From an uncultured Cytophagia bacterium (lineage in GTDB: Bacteria > Zhuqueibacterota > Zhuqueibacteria > Oleimicrobiales > Geothermoviventaceae): a stretch of DNA of 64,000 nucleotides. The notes beneath the pieces are model-generated. The model did not search any database. It saw only the letters and a list, made by a program, of their open reading frames with translations, and was not told the DNA's origin. The stretch is taken from the NCBI GenBank assembly GCA_964644845.1, contig CAZXXS010000056.1, positions 1-64,000 on the forward strand, read 5' to 3'. Below are positions 43,216 through 53,532 of this stretch, one piece after another (position 1 is the first letter of the stretch; every line of letters begins with the position of its first letter). Position numbers and translations under genes: made by a program.

Positions 43216-46200
43216 CTAAGACCGGATCAACACTTTGAAAGTCCGGATCTCGTGAGGCCGGATCTGAAAGCGGAACCCGTTTGACTGTTTTTCCACCGAG
43301 CCGGGCGTGGAACGTTCGATCAGATCCACTTCTTGCACCTGACCGAGGGACCGATCCAGCACCACAGACACCAGAGCAGAGCGGCCTTCGGTTTCCACAA
43401 AGCGGAGGATCCAGGCGTCGTTGTCCTCCGCACGTTTGATCACGTTCAGGATCACATTGTCCGGTGAAACTTGCACAAAGGCGTGTTCCCTCGGCAGTCT
43501 TCCTTTGTGGGAGGCCGCGCGGAAAGCGACAAGGTGCTGATTGTACTCGATGCCCCGCCGCATTGTCTTTGCTACCCGCCAATCGCCCTGGTGAGGGTAG
43601 ACAGCGTACGCAAATGTCTGGTAGCCTCGGTCGGCCATTGGGTCAGGCTCGGTTGGCGAGCGCAGCAGGGACAGGCGCATCACGTTTCCTTTGATGTCCC
43701 AGCCGTACTTGCTGTCGTTCAGAATGCTCACGCCGTAGCCTTCAGAGGACAGATCAGCCCACCGGTGGCCCGGTACCTCAAATCGGGCCTTCTCCCAGGA
43801 AGACGAAAAGCCTGTGGAGCGCTGGATCGTTCCGTACGGGATTTCGAACGTCGCACTGTCCGCACGGACCGTCACCGGAAACGCGACTTTCAACATTTTG
43901 TGCTCTTCCCACCATTCTACGCGGTTGCGCACCTCCAGGTAGGGCAGATCTGCGTACACCGACACGTACTGGTCGAAGAACGAGGAGGGAAAATTCTCGG
44001 CGGGCCATTTGCTGTTTTTCTGCTCGCCGAGAAACTGGTGCCGCACGTGAATTGTGGCACGAACGGGTCCAGCCTCCACCAGCTCCACAACTGTGGCGCT
44101 GTCCAGGTCAATGGGTTCACCTTCGAAGCGCAAGTTCCAGGCGTCGACTGCCTTGTTTCGCAGGAGCTGCAGCAGGTTTCCGCGGGGTTCGGCCAAAACT
44201 TCCCGCCCGGTCGGCCGGTGGACGAGTCGGGTGAGCAAGCCTGTGTGCGGATCGAGTTCGGCTTCGACGAACGTGTTCGCCAGGTGGGTACGGTCCGCTT
44301 CGAGCGCCGTCTTGGCCGGGCTGAAACGCCGTTGAACCAGTCGGTACACTTTGTAGCCGAAAGGTGGTACGTCGTGAGCGATGAACAGCAAGGTAGCACC
44401 GGTTGGACTGTTGTCGACGATTTGGGTTGGCACTGGGGTCCCGTCGGGGGCGAGAACGGACCAGGCTCGATCTTTTTCCAGCCGGCCGAGTGGGACGGCC
44501 ACGCGATCTGTACGTTCCCAGCTCAGTGGATTGAAAACAACCAGAGCTTCACCGGAGCCACGGGTGTCGATCTGACGAGCCAGCCGACGCAGGGATGTGT
44601 TGAGGATGTCCCGAGCAAGAGTTTTCGCCTGTTGGTAGTCGATTTCGGTGTCGTGGTAGACCGGGTTGATGGAGGATCCCGGAAGAATGTCGTGGAACTG
44701 GTTGAAAAGAAGCGTGTGCCAGATGACGTCGAAATCCCGCTTAGGGTAAGGCTCGCCGTAGAGCGATGCGAAGGCAGCCGCTTTCTCCGCCGTCAGGGTG
44801 AGGCCTTCGATTTCGCGGTTGTGCTTCTTCGTTCTTGCCTGGGAAGTGTAAGTGCCGCGATGGTACTCAAGGTAGAGCTCCGTTTGCCAGGACGGTAGCT
44901 TTGCCTTTTCAGAATCGGTGATCGAGTCAAAGAAAGCCTTTGAAGTCGTCAGTTTTACGTCCAGAAACGCTGGCGAATTGATCTCCTGCTTGGCTCTCCG
45001 AAGCATTCGGATTGTCGGACCGCCGCCGTGGTCGCCCACACCGTAGAGAACAAGCACCTTACCGAAGCCGAGCTGCTGCTCTTCGTGGTGGCTGAAATTG
45101 ATCAGGTCGGAGGGGTTCAAGTCGTGGCCGTAGCCGCTTTCTGGGATGTAGCTCATCACGCGGCTTCCATCTGGCGCCACCCACCAGAAAAACCGGTAGG
45201 GAAATTTGTTGGTGTCGTTCCAATTCAGCTTGTGCGTGACGAAACCTTCGAAACCGCTACGCGCCAGGATTTGAGGCAGATTCCAGTTGTAGCCGAAGGA
45301 ATCTGGGATCCAGCAAACTTTCACATCCACTCCGAATTTCTTCAAGAAGTAGCGCTTGCCGTAAAGCACCTGACGGACGAACGACTCGCCAGACGGCAAA
45401 TTGCAATCCGGTTCCACCCACATCCCGCCAGCTACTTCCCAGCGACCTTCTTTCACCTTCTGACGGATTTGCTCGAAAAGGTCGGGGTAGTAGGTCTCCA
45501 TCCAGCGGTATGCCGCTGCTTGTGTCATCGTGTAGTGAAAATCTGGAAAAAGCTTCATGATTTTGAGCACGGATCGACTGGTGTTGCGAACCACCTGGAC
45601 CGTTTCGCGCCACGTCCACAGCCAGGCGAGGTCGATGTGGGCGTACCCCGCGGCGTAGATGTGGTACTTTGCCCGAAGCTGGTCCCCGAGCGGGCGGAGG
45701 ACGTCCATTTGGCGGTTCAATTCGTCGATGAAAGCGTCCTCGTCGCCTCTCTGAAAGGCCTTGCTGCGGACCGCACGGGCCGCCACGGAGTCCACCTGAG
45801 CGTACCAGTAGTCGGGATTGTCGGTAAAAACCTGGGCCAGTCGTTTTGCGAGGAGCAAACGAAGTACGCTGCTCTGAAGCTTCTTCTGGAACGCTTCCAT
45901 TCCGCTGATGTGCATCTGCGCGTCGTAAAGTTTGCCGTACCCGGGATGGTTGATGCCGCGGATGGCGATGACAAAGCGTTGGCCTGGCTGGACATTCCTG
46001 GCGATGACAAAATGGCCTTTGTCCCACTCGAAGCTACCCAGGTATTTGCCGTTGACGTAGACCTCTCCGCCGTTGTCGATGTTCAGGTCGAGCGTCAGGT
46101 CGCGGCCAGCAAGTGAAAAACCGCCGATCTTCTCGGGAACAACGAAGGTGGTTCGGAACCAGACGTTCGTCTCCGGAAGGTCCCAGGTGTAACCAATGAA

Positions 46201-46407
46201 GGCTACGTCCCAATCGGAATCGTCCAGATTGGGGTCTTCGCCTCCGGGCTCGCCGCCGATTTTGACCTTGAACTGGCCGATCCCGCCGTAGGCGAGCAAG
46301 TTGAGAATTTGCATGTCGGTCATCTGGGTGTCTCGGGCGCCGGCGGGCTTTACGGTGCCCACGAGGACTGCCAGCGCGAGAAGGAGGGAATAACGGCGCA
46401 TCGTCAA
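43216..46407 (-). CDS. Glycoside hydrolase family 38 alpha-mannosidase, secreted
   Basis: Signal peptide MRRYSLLLALAVLVGTVKPAGA. GH38 catalytic-region blocks are HIDLAWLW..., GGMWVEPDCNLPSGESFVRQ and WIPDSFGYNWNLPQILARSG. The full length is about 1060 aa. Confidence 0.85.
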   Translation of the reverse strand: MTMRRYSLLLALAVLVGTVKPAGARDTQMTDMQILNLLAYGGIGQFKVKIGGEPGGEDPNLDDSDWDVAFIGYTWDLPETNVWFRTTFVVPEKIGGFSLAGRDLTLDLNIDNGGEVYVNGKYLGSFEWDKGHFVIARNVQPGQRFVIAIRGINHPGYGKLYDAQMHISGMEAFQKKLQSSVLRLLLAKRLAQVFTDNPDYWYAQVDSVAARAVRSKAFQRGDEDAFIDELNRQMDVLRPLGDQLRAKYHIYAAGYAHIDLAWLWTWRETVQVVRNTSRSVLKIMKLFPDFHYTMTQAAAYRWMETYYPDLFEQIRQKVKEGRWEVAGGMWVEPDCNLPSGESFVRQVLYGKRYFLKKFGVDVKVCWIPDSFGYNWNLPQILARSGFEGFVTHKLNWNDTNKFPYRFFWWVAPDGSRVMSYIPESGYGHDLNPSDLINFSHHEEQQLGFGKVLVLYGVGDHGGGPTIRMLRRAKQEINSPAFLDVKLTTSKAFFDSITDSEKAKLPSWQTELYLEYHRGTYTSQARTKKHNREIEGLTLTAEKAAAFASLYGEPYPKRDFDVIWHTLLFNQFHDILPGSSINPVYHDTEIDYQQAKTLARDILNTSLRRLARQIDTRGSGEALVVFNPLSWERTDRVAVPLGRLEKDRAWSVLAPDGTPVPTQIVDNSPTGATLLFIAHDVPPFGYKVYRLVQRRFSPAKTALEADRTHLANTFVEAELDPHTGLLTRLVHRPTGREVLAEPRGNLLQLLRNKAVDAWNLRFEGEPIDLDSATVVELVEAGPVRATIHVRHQFLGEQKNSKWPAENFPSSFFDQYVSVYADLPYLEVRNRVEWWEEHKMLKVAFPVTVRADSATFEIPYGTIQRSTGFSSSWEKARFEVPGHRWADLSSEGYGVSILNDSKYGWDIKGNVMRLSLLRSPTEPDPMADRGYQTFAYAVYPHQGDWRVAKTMRRGIEYNQHLVAFRAASHKGRLPREHAFVQVSPDNVILNVIKRAEDNDAWILRFVETEGRSALVSVVLDRSLGQVQEVDLIERSTPGSVEKQSNGFRFQIRPHEIRTFKVLIRS

Positions 46408-46495
46408 CTCCTCTTTCAGTCAGATCTCGGTTCCAAGATTCGGAATCGTGTTTGCCGCTTTCACGATTTGACAGCATGCAGGTTTTTCGGGACCA

Positions 46496-48559
46496 TCAGG
46501 GCGGCGAAAAGCGACCGGCCATTTTCACAGCCAGGACGTTGCCCTCTAAATCGGCTACCCAGAGCGTGTCGGCCTTTGCGACCGGGTTTGCAAAAATGAA
46601 ATCGCTTCCGACTTGAGCGGTCGCGACGATGTGACCCGTTGCGCTGAGAACTTGAACGGCCCGACCGTGGAGATCAACTGAAGAGACGTACGGGCCTGTG
46701 TTTACTGGAGAAGCATCAAAGAAGGCGGTTGCAACCGAGCGGTCCCAGACCGGCTCGTTGTTCCGCAGTTGAAATGCCAGAAGGTGACCGTGCAGAGTCG
46801 CTGCTACAAGGAGAGAATCGCCTGTGACGGTTGGGGAGGCGTAGTGACACGCGCAAGGCCAGGTCCAGAGAATGCGACCGTCCTGAAGACTCGCTTTGTA
46901 GAGGCCCGGGGCTTCGGATCGCCGTGGAGCAGCACAGAAAAACACGAATCCGTCTGCGATGACGGGACTTGCAGTTGCTGGCGCGCAGTAGGGGGAGCTG
47001 GTTGGACGGACCCGCCAGACGCTACGCCCGGTCGTTGCTGAAAGGGCGTGCAAGAAGCCGTCCCAGGAGCCAACCAGCAAAAGCGTGTCCGCAAGGACAG
47101 GCTGCATTTGAATCATTCCGAAAGGACCGGCACGCCAGAGCAAAGTACCCGTTTCGAGCTCCAATGCCAGTAGATTCCCCCGGGAGGTACCGATGTAAGC
47201 CGTGCGTGACGCCAAAGCGGGTGGCGCAAAGATCGGTTCGCGGGCGTCGAAGCGCCACACGGGGGTACCGTCGTCGGTCCTGAATGCTTCGACGACACCC
47301 GAGAGGGTTGCGGTAACGATGATGGTCGCGTTCGCAGCGAGACCTTTGATCACCGAGCCCGACAGCCGTTGCTGCCACAGGAGGTGCCCCGTGGGCGGGT
47401 CGAGCGCGGTAAGCCGGCCGTCGCTGGTGGCAACAAACAGGCGATTCGCCGCGAGGGCAAGAGGAGCCTGAACCCGGGCATGGAGCGTCGTGCTCCAGAG
47501 CAAGGCCTTGCCGAACGTGAACGGAAAATCGCGCTGCCACAGGCTGTCGGCACCTCGGACAAGTCGAAGCGAAAGGGTGTGTTGCCCCTGGATTTGGATG
47601 GGCAGGCGCAGATCGGTGCTGTGAGTTGAAAGGAGCCCCCGCTGCCACCGGTCGTGATCCAGACGTACCAAGATGCTGTCCGCCGCGGGCAGGTTACGAA
47701 CGAGGAGACCAGTCTCAGTGACGACGAGCTGGGTTTGGTCGAGCGGGCTCGTTGTTTCCCCGGATGTCGGCGAGTGGAGGGCGATGGCAAAAGTACCGAG
47801 CAGGGAATCGCTGTCGGCCAACCTGGCCTCACAAACGAGGGAATCGCTGTGCACTCGAAAGAGCAGGAAACCCCGGGAACGCACAACAGCGGGTGCCATG
47901 ACGAAAGGGAGACCGTTTAGCTGCCACCGGCGGTAACGGTGGCCGTGGCCGGCCGACAGCAAACGTACGTTGTAGTTTCGAAGGACGTGCAGAAGACGAT
48001 CTGTGTCACAGGTGAAATCCCGATCCGGGTAGAACACGGGGTGGTGCATGAAAAGGAGGCGGGGTGTGTCTCTCGGAACCGCTGCCAGCTGTTTTGCCAG
48101 CCAGCGCTGTTCGGCAGGTGAAAGATCGCCCCAGGCTTCCAGCGGCAAGGCCGTGTTGATGCCGATGAACTGGATGTTTTCGTGGACAAACGCGAGATGC
48201 GGCACACCTGGGAACCGCTTTGCAAGCTCTTGGGGGGTGTACGAGGACCAGCGGACGTCGTGATTTCCGAGCAAAACGTAGATGTTGAATCCGGAAGAGT
48301 CAAGCAGGCTCTTGCACAGTCGCAACTCCTCAGCCCGCGCCATTTCAGAAATGTCACCGGTAACGAGAACGAAGTCTGGCGGGGGGCTCAAGTTTCGCAG
48401 CGCTTTGAGCGTTGCTCTGAGGTCCGCTTGAGTTGCGGAACTCGACAGGTGAATGTCTGTGATCTGAGCGAATGTGAAGTCCGCGGCGACAGAAGCTTGT
48501 ACATGCGGGAAAACACCGAGGAGGAAGGCGAAGAGCCACCTGCTCAGTTTGCGGAGCAT
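46496..48559 (-). CDS. Secreted calcineurin-like metallophosphoesterase fused to PQQ-repeat beta-propeller
   Basis: A signal peptide runs from M16 (MLRKLSRWLFAFLLGVFPHVQA). The N-domain has GDISE...GNHD...MHHP...GHGH metal-ligand motifs. The C-terminal half has repeated LW/WR...DG...G PQQ-type blades (LLWQQRLSG, PVWRFDA, LLWRAGP, ILWTWP). Confidence 0.65.
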   Translation of the reverse strand: MLRKLSRWLFAFLLGVFPHVQASVAADFTFAQITDIHLSSSATQADLRATLKALRNLSPPPDFVLVTGDISEMARAEELRLCKSLLDSSGFNIYVLLGNHDVRWSSYTPQELAKRFPGVPHLAFVHENIQFIGINTALPLEAWGDLSPAEQRWLAKQLAAVPRDTPRLLFMHHPVFYPDRDFTCDTDRLLHVLRNYNVRLLSAGHGHRYRRWQLNGLPFVMAPAVVRSRGFLLFRVHSDSLVCEARLADSDSLLGTFAIALHSPTSGETTSPLDQTQLVVTETGLLVRNLPAADSILVRLDHDRWQRGLLSTHSTDLRLPIQIQGQHTLSLRLVRGADSLWQRDFPFTFGKALLWSTTLHARVQAPLALAANRLFVATSDGRLTALDPPTGHLLWQQRLSGSVIKGLAANATIIVTATLSGVVEAFRTDDGTPVWRFDAREPIFAPPALASRTAYIGTSRGNLLALELETGTLLWRAGPFGMIQMQPVLADTLLLVGSWDGFLHALSATTGRSVWRVRPTSSPYCAPATASPVIADGFVFFCAAPRRSEAPGLYKASLQDGRILWTWPCACHYASPTVTGDSLLVAATLHGHLLAFQLRNNEPVWDRSVATAFFDASPVNTGPYVSSVDLHGRAVQVLSATGHIVATAQVGSDFIFANPVAKADTLWVADLEGNVLAVKMAGRFSPP

Positions 48560-49393
48560 GAATCCGAGTCGATGGGGACCAGCGTCAAGTAGGAGCGGAA
48601 GCACTGTTTACGACATCTCCAGGTCTTGTCCGTTGTGCCTCTGTGAGGACAGCGGGAGACTTACGTTGGCAACAAGGTAAAACTTCCCTGACAAGGAAGC
48701 AAGGCGAAACTTGTGCTGGGCTGCGCCCGAAAGTCGAGTTTTCGGTTTACGTTGGGGATTCGCTCGCTGGAACGGGCGCTTGCTTTACGTGAGCAAAGAC
48801 AAAACCGGCGGGAAAACCAAAGGTTGAAGCTGAACGGGGTCGCCCGGAGGCGAAATCTCCGGGTCACGGACAAGAGCTGCTTGCTAAGAAAGGCCTTAGG
48901 CGTGGGGTCAGCAGCTCGTCGTGAGGAGCGTGTAGAGGGTGGGGCCTGACCCGAGGCTCCGCACACGAGGGAGATCTCCCGGAGGATCCCGGGCAAATTG
49001 AAAAGGAACGGGGAAATGGCCGGGTGGTTTCAAAAAGTGAACGAATTCTTGCCTGTGTGCGTGCTGTTGACTACATTCAGAACGGCAGGGCCCCCATTCG
49101 AAGACATGAACAGCGACACAGAAGGGGGAAATCGGGATGGCTGTTCGGGGCGTTTGGATCAACGATCGAACGCGGCGAAGAGCCACTCGAGGGCGTGTTT
49201 TTGCTTCCAGAGCAGGTCGAAGGAACGGCCTGTGCCCCTCTTTTCCGGGAAAGAAGCCCGCGGAGAATTTCTCCCGCAGGAAGCGGTGACTAACGGTAGT
49301 ATCCACACAAGGAAGGCTTGTGTTCGCTTGCATCAGGGCCTTCTGCAGATGCGTCGGCTACGGAAGAGCGAAAAACGCGCGGAGTTCCCGAGG

Positions 49394-50743
49394 ATGGGCG
49401 AATTGGGCCGTAAGAAGCGTGTCATGATCGTGGACGACGATCCAGACATGCGAGAGGTTCTGTACAAGAAGCTGAAAGACAAGGGGTACGTTGTCCTCAC
49501 CGCTGCGGATGCGGGTTCGGCTCTGCGGGTGTTGGAGTCCACGCCGGTGGATGTTGTGATCACGGACTTTAAGATGCCCGGTGCCAGCGGTGTTGAGCTC
49601 GTTCGCCACATCGGAGAGAATTTCCGGGACACGCTTACGATCATGATCACGGGTTACGCTTCGATCGAAGGGGCTGTCCAGGCGGTAAAAGCGGGTGCTG
49701 AAGAGTACCTGCCAAAGCCGTTTACTTACGAACAGCTTTACGCCGCCGTGGAGAAGGCTCTTAAGAAGCAGGAGATCCGCAAGGCACGAGAACCGGAGGT
49801 AGTTGCGCCCCAGGGGGAGTTCCACGGCTTGATCGGCGTGTCCCGACCGATGCAGGAAGTGTTCAAGGCGATCAAGAAGGCTGCGGCCACCAATGCCACC
49901 GTGCTGATTACCGGGGAAAGTGGTACGGGCAAGGAACTTGTAGCACGAGCCATCCACTACAGCAGCCCGCGCGCCTCCGCGCCATTTGTTCCGGTGAACT
50001 GTAGCGGTATCCCTGAAGGGCTGATCGAAAGCGAGCTGTTTGGGTTCGTGAAGGGTGCGTTCACTGGAGCGAACGAGACACGGGCTGGGTTTTTCCAAAC
50101 GGCAAACGGAGGCACGATCTTTTTGGACGAAATCAGCAGCACCTCGCTGTCCATGCAGGCGAAACTCCTCCGTGTTTTGCAGGACAACGAGGTCAGGATG
50201 GTTGGATCCAGCAAGACGAAGAAGGTGGACGTGCGCATTCTTGCTGCTACCAACAAGGACCTGCTGGAGCTGGTACGGAAGGGGTATTTTCGTGAGGATC
50301 TTTACTACCGGCTCAACGTGATTGCCATCGACCTACCGCCGCTGCGGGAAAGAGGGGAAGACATTCTCTTGATGGCCAAACACTTTGCGCAGAAATTTGC
50401 CAGTGAAGTCGGGAAGCCTGTGCCTGTGTTCAGCGACAGGGTTTTGGAAATCTTCCGCGACTACCCCTGGCCTGGAAATGTACGCGAGTTAGAAAATCTG
50501 GTTCGGCGGCTCATCGTGATGGTCGATCGGCCCGTGATCGATGTCCGGGATCTGCCGTCGCACATGCGTTTTGCCATGATTCCGGGCAGCAACTTGTTCC
50601 GCAGCCTGGCCTCTGTGGAGGCCGAGTACATTCGCAACGTGCTCTCCAGTGTGAACGGCAACAAAACGCGAGCGGCCCGCATTCTGGGCATCGATCGCAA
50701 GACCCTGCGCGAGAAGCTAAAGCGCTACGGGGAGGGCGCGTAG
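49394..50743 (+). CDS. Sigma-54-dependent (NtrC-family) response regulator: receiver + AAA+ activator + Fis-type HTH
   Basis: Receiver domain MIVDDDPDMREV...D...K. AAA+ sigma-54 interaction domain with GESGTGKE Walker A, the GAFTGA loop and RVLQDNEVRMVGSS. C-terminal HTH (KTRAARILGIDRKTLREKLKRYG). No adjacent histidine kinase. Confidence 0.85.
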   Translation: MGELGRKKRVMIVDDDPDMREVLYKKLKDKGYVVLTAADAGSALRVLESTPVDVVITDFKMPGASGVELVRHIGENFRDTLTIMITGYASIEGAVQAVKAGAEEYLPKPFTYEQLYAAVEKALKKQEIRKAREPEVVAPQGEFHGLIGVSRPMQEVFKAIKKAAATNATVLITGESGTGKELVARAIHYSSPRASAPFVPVNCSGIPEGLIESELFGFVKGAFTGANETRAGFFQTANGGTIFLDEISSTSLSMQAKLLRVLQDNEVRMVGSSKTKKVDVRILAATNKDLLELVRKGYFREDLYYRLNVIAIDLPPLRERGEDILLMAKHFAQKFASEVGKPVPVFSDRVLEIFRDYPWPGNVRELENLVRRLIVMVDRPVIDVRDLPSHMRFAMIPGSNLFRSLASVEAEYIRNVLSSVNGNKTRAARILGIDRKTLREKLKRYGEGA

Positions 50744-53175
50744 CTGAGACGGCCGCGTTCGGCGGCGTGGCGCAGCTCGAGTCGTCCCGGCAACCCAAAG
50801 GGCGGAGAATCGTCTCTTTGCTCCCAGTTCGCTCGTGAATCAAGAAGCAAAATCGCTACGCGTTTCTCCGTTCTTCCAGGAGAGGGAAAAATGGCGACAC
50901 GATGATGGCGCATTTCGGGCTGTGGATGTCCCCTCGAGTCAAACCAGCAACTGGAAGGCTGCGTTTGAATTGGGCTTTGTGAACTTTCCGATTGCGGCTC
51001 AACCTGCCAGGTTGACACGCCGACTGCCATCCTTTTCATGTTGCCTGTCCGCCACTGCGCAAGCTTCGAATTCAGTTCCCAGCTCGACTTACGACGGTTC
51101 AGGACCCTCCGCACCGAGCAGTAGTTTTTGGCCTCTGCGTGTGTTTCCGGCGGGTCCCTGCCACCGCAAATGAAAGTCTGTCGGGCTTGGTGCTTTTGGA
51201 TCGGGCCTGCGGTAGAAGCACTCTCGGGATCTGGATCACGCGGGCTTGCGAGACGATGTGGTAACTGAGCCTCGTTCACCTGCTCCCGACCGCCGTGACC
51301 TAAACTGTAGGGAGGGGGACTTTCCGACGCCGGGTGAATTTGCCAAAAGATCAACTTGCCAGTTTGACCTGCAAATCCCTGAGTAGAACCCCATTTGGCT
51401 GGTAGCAGCGCTGCGGAACACAGCCACGGCCTCTTTTTTGATGGATCTGGAACCCCTTTTCTGCGAAAGGACCCAAGCGTTCTGGTCCGCTCTTACTCCT
51501 GACGGCCGCTAACACACCTTCAGAGCGCGTGGCGTGTGCCTGGTTCAGATGGCGCTCCGTTCCTCCAGCTTCTACCTGGGTTGTGATTCCTGGCGCCGAT
51601 TTCGCAGCAGCCGCCGTCTCCAAGCAGACAGCAGCGGTGGTGCGAAATTCCCCAATCCGTTTCCCGAGTCTTGTTTTCTCTGCATGGTGGGATTGAACTG
51701 AAAAACGTACGAGTGGCCCACGCTGCTGTACACGAAGAGAATGGTGAAGTGTGCGACAAGGGCCGAGCCAAAGCAAACACGAATGTTCTGGCTGGTCGGC
51801 AACCTGGCAAAGCTGCGAGGTCACCTCTGGCTATCAAATTGACGCTGCAGTGAAAAGAGGCCGTGGTAAGAGAAACTTCAAGCGACCGAGGAGGATCCCC
51901 GCTACTTACTGCTTTGTAAGGTGGCTGCAGGTCCTTTTGCGGCTCCGGACGAGAGCCGGAGAGTTGCCTGCAAAGCCCGGTCGGTCCTTCGATTCATTCT
52001 TTCCTGCGGTGCTGGGCGGGAGAGATCCCCGGGGAGACGACGCAGCACCTTGGCTGGCATTCCCGCTGCCCGCTTTGATCCAGTGCCGACGGTTGAGCCT
52101 TTAAGAAGCTTGTGGAAAAATCCCAAACGTAGAAAACCACGGAGCCACAAAGGACACAGGGACGTGACAAACCTCGTTGAACAAGCGACTGTGTTGACGA
52201 GGCTTCCAAACCGTAGTTACCCTGCTGGACCTGTTGAGCAGTGCGGCAGGGTTCGGTCTTTGGTCTGTTTCGAGTAGCTTCGGTCAAGTTTCCGGGATGA
52301 GGTTCTGTGCGAGCGGTGCGCTCTTACAGGCATTCGCGTTCCTTCACCGTCCTCTTGTGGTATCCTCGGTGCCCTCTGCTCCGGGCCTCCGTGGTGAGAG
52401 GATGCTTTTTCCGAGGCCTCTTAAAAGGTTTGCGAAAAAGGCCAGAGCCACCGAGACCCAGAGCGCACGGGGGAAACACGCAGGGGGAACCAACGGGGTC
52501 TGCTGTTGCGCAACGAGAGAACGGTAATGCTGACCATTCCGGTCAGGGAGATGAGCACTTACGTAACACGGGGATTTCATTCGAGTTGTGTGGACCTTTC
52601 GAGTGCGGCATTAGCTACATGCCCCTGCGAAGCTGGCATGTAGCACTCGGACGGCGCATCTGGGCACGCAGTTCTCTGCGCGGCCTCTGTGCCCTCGGAG
52701 CCTCTGTGGTTTGTCTGCGCTTTTTCACAGGGCTCCTGAGCGCTACGCAGAACCCGGTTCATCTCGGCGTGTGTTTTTGAAAATAGGGGAATGGACCAGG
52801 CGGATTCGCTGTTCTTCGGGTGGCTGCACGTTTGGTGAAACGTGTTGCTGGATCCGGGAAGGTGCATGAGGGTGGGGCAAAATGCCCCGGTGAGGCATTT
52901 CGTACCGTACATTCTCGCCCCGTCCGGGCGTTTGTCAGCTGTTTTTGTGTTGGATGCGGAGGCGGTTGCAAAAGGCGCGTGTCGTCCTAACACTTTGTAT
53001 GTCGGGGAGTTAAGTGCGATGATCAAAGCTTCATGCTGGCAGGGTTGCTCGATGCTGGTGCCAATGGAATGGATGTTGCAGGTAGCGAACCGCCCAAACG
53101 GGAGAAAGTGCGCCCACGGGATCTAATGATGAATGGAGGGAGGAATTTTCGGCGCACAGTTGATGGGGAACGGCA

Positions 53176-53532
53176 TTGGCTGCAGCCCAGACGCGGACGG
53201 CGGTGCGCGGTGGGATGCAGATTCTGGAGTCAGAGCTCCTGTACTTCGCATTTCAGTGGCTCGTAGATTCGTTTCTTGCGCTGAGAGACAACGGAAAGGG
53301 GTGCTGCGATTTTCTGACTCGGGGCGGAAGCGGTGGTTTGCCGTCTCACGCGAGCGGGTTCGCGGTGGACCCGCGGGGGTCGTTCCTCATCATCCTGAAG
53401 TCCTTCCACACCTTTTCTTACCTGCACAGGATGTGCGTGTTGGGTCAGCTGAACACGGACGTGCTTGAGGGCCTGTCCGAATGCATGCTGACTGAGGGCG
53501 CTTTCGTGCAGCCTATCCAGTGCACGATGTGA
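53176..53532 (+). CDS. Possible small protein (about 105-118 aa) inside an otherwise gene-free region, hypothetical
   Basis: It is the only ORF in 50744-54116 whose third codon positions are strongly G/C-biased, like the genuine genes in the window. It has no recognisable family and no obvious ribosome-binding site. Confidence 0.2.
   Translation: MAAAQTRTAVRGGMQILESELLYFAFQWLVDSFLALRDNGKGCCDFLTRGGSGGLPSHASGFAVDPRGSFLIILKSFHTFSYLHRMCVLGQLNTDVLEGLSECMLTEGAFVQPIQCTM

Noticed and set aside
43471-46116. 475-aa and 362-aa plus-strand ORFs inside the GH38 gene
   Set aside because: Antisense shadows. GH38 catalytic motifs are in the minus frame.
48998-49393. 132-codon upstream extension of the NtrC-family regulator ORF
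   Set aside because: No similarity to sensor or receiver sequence. The receiver domain begins at the ATG at 49394 (…RVMIVDDD).
51305-51345. GGAAAGTCC-like string (minus strand) resembling the P4 region of bacterial RNase P RNA
   Set aside because: The flanking sequence does not fit the RNase P consensus (GGGCUCCAUAGGGCA, ACAGAACCCGGCUUA). Only a 9-nt coincidence in a GC-rich region.
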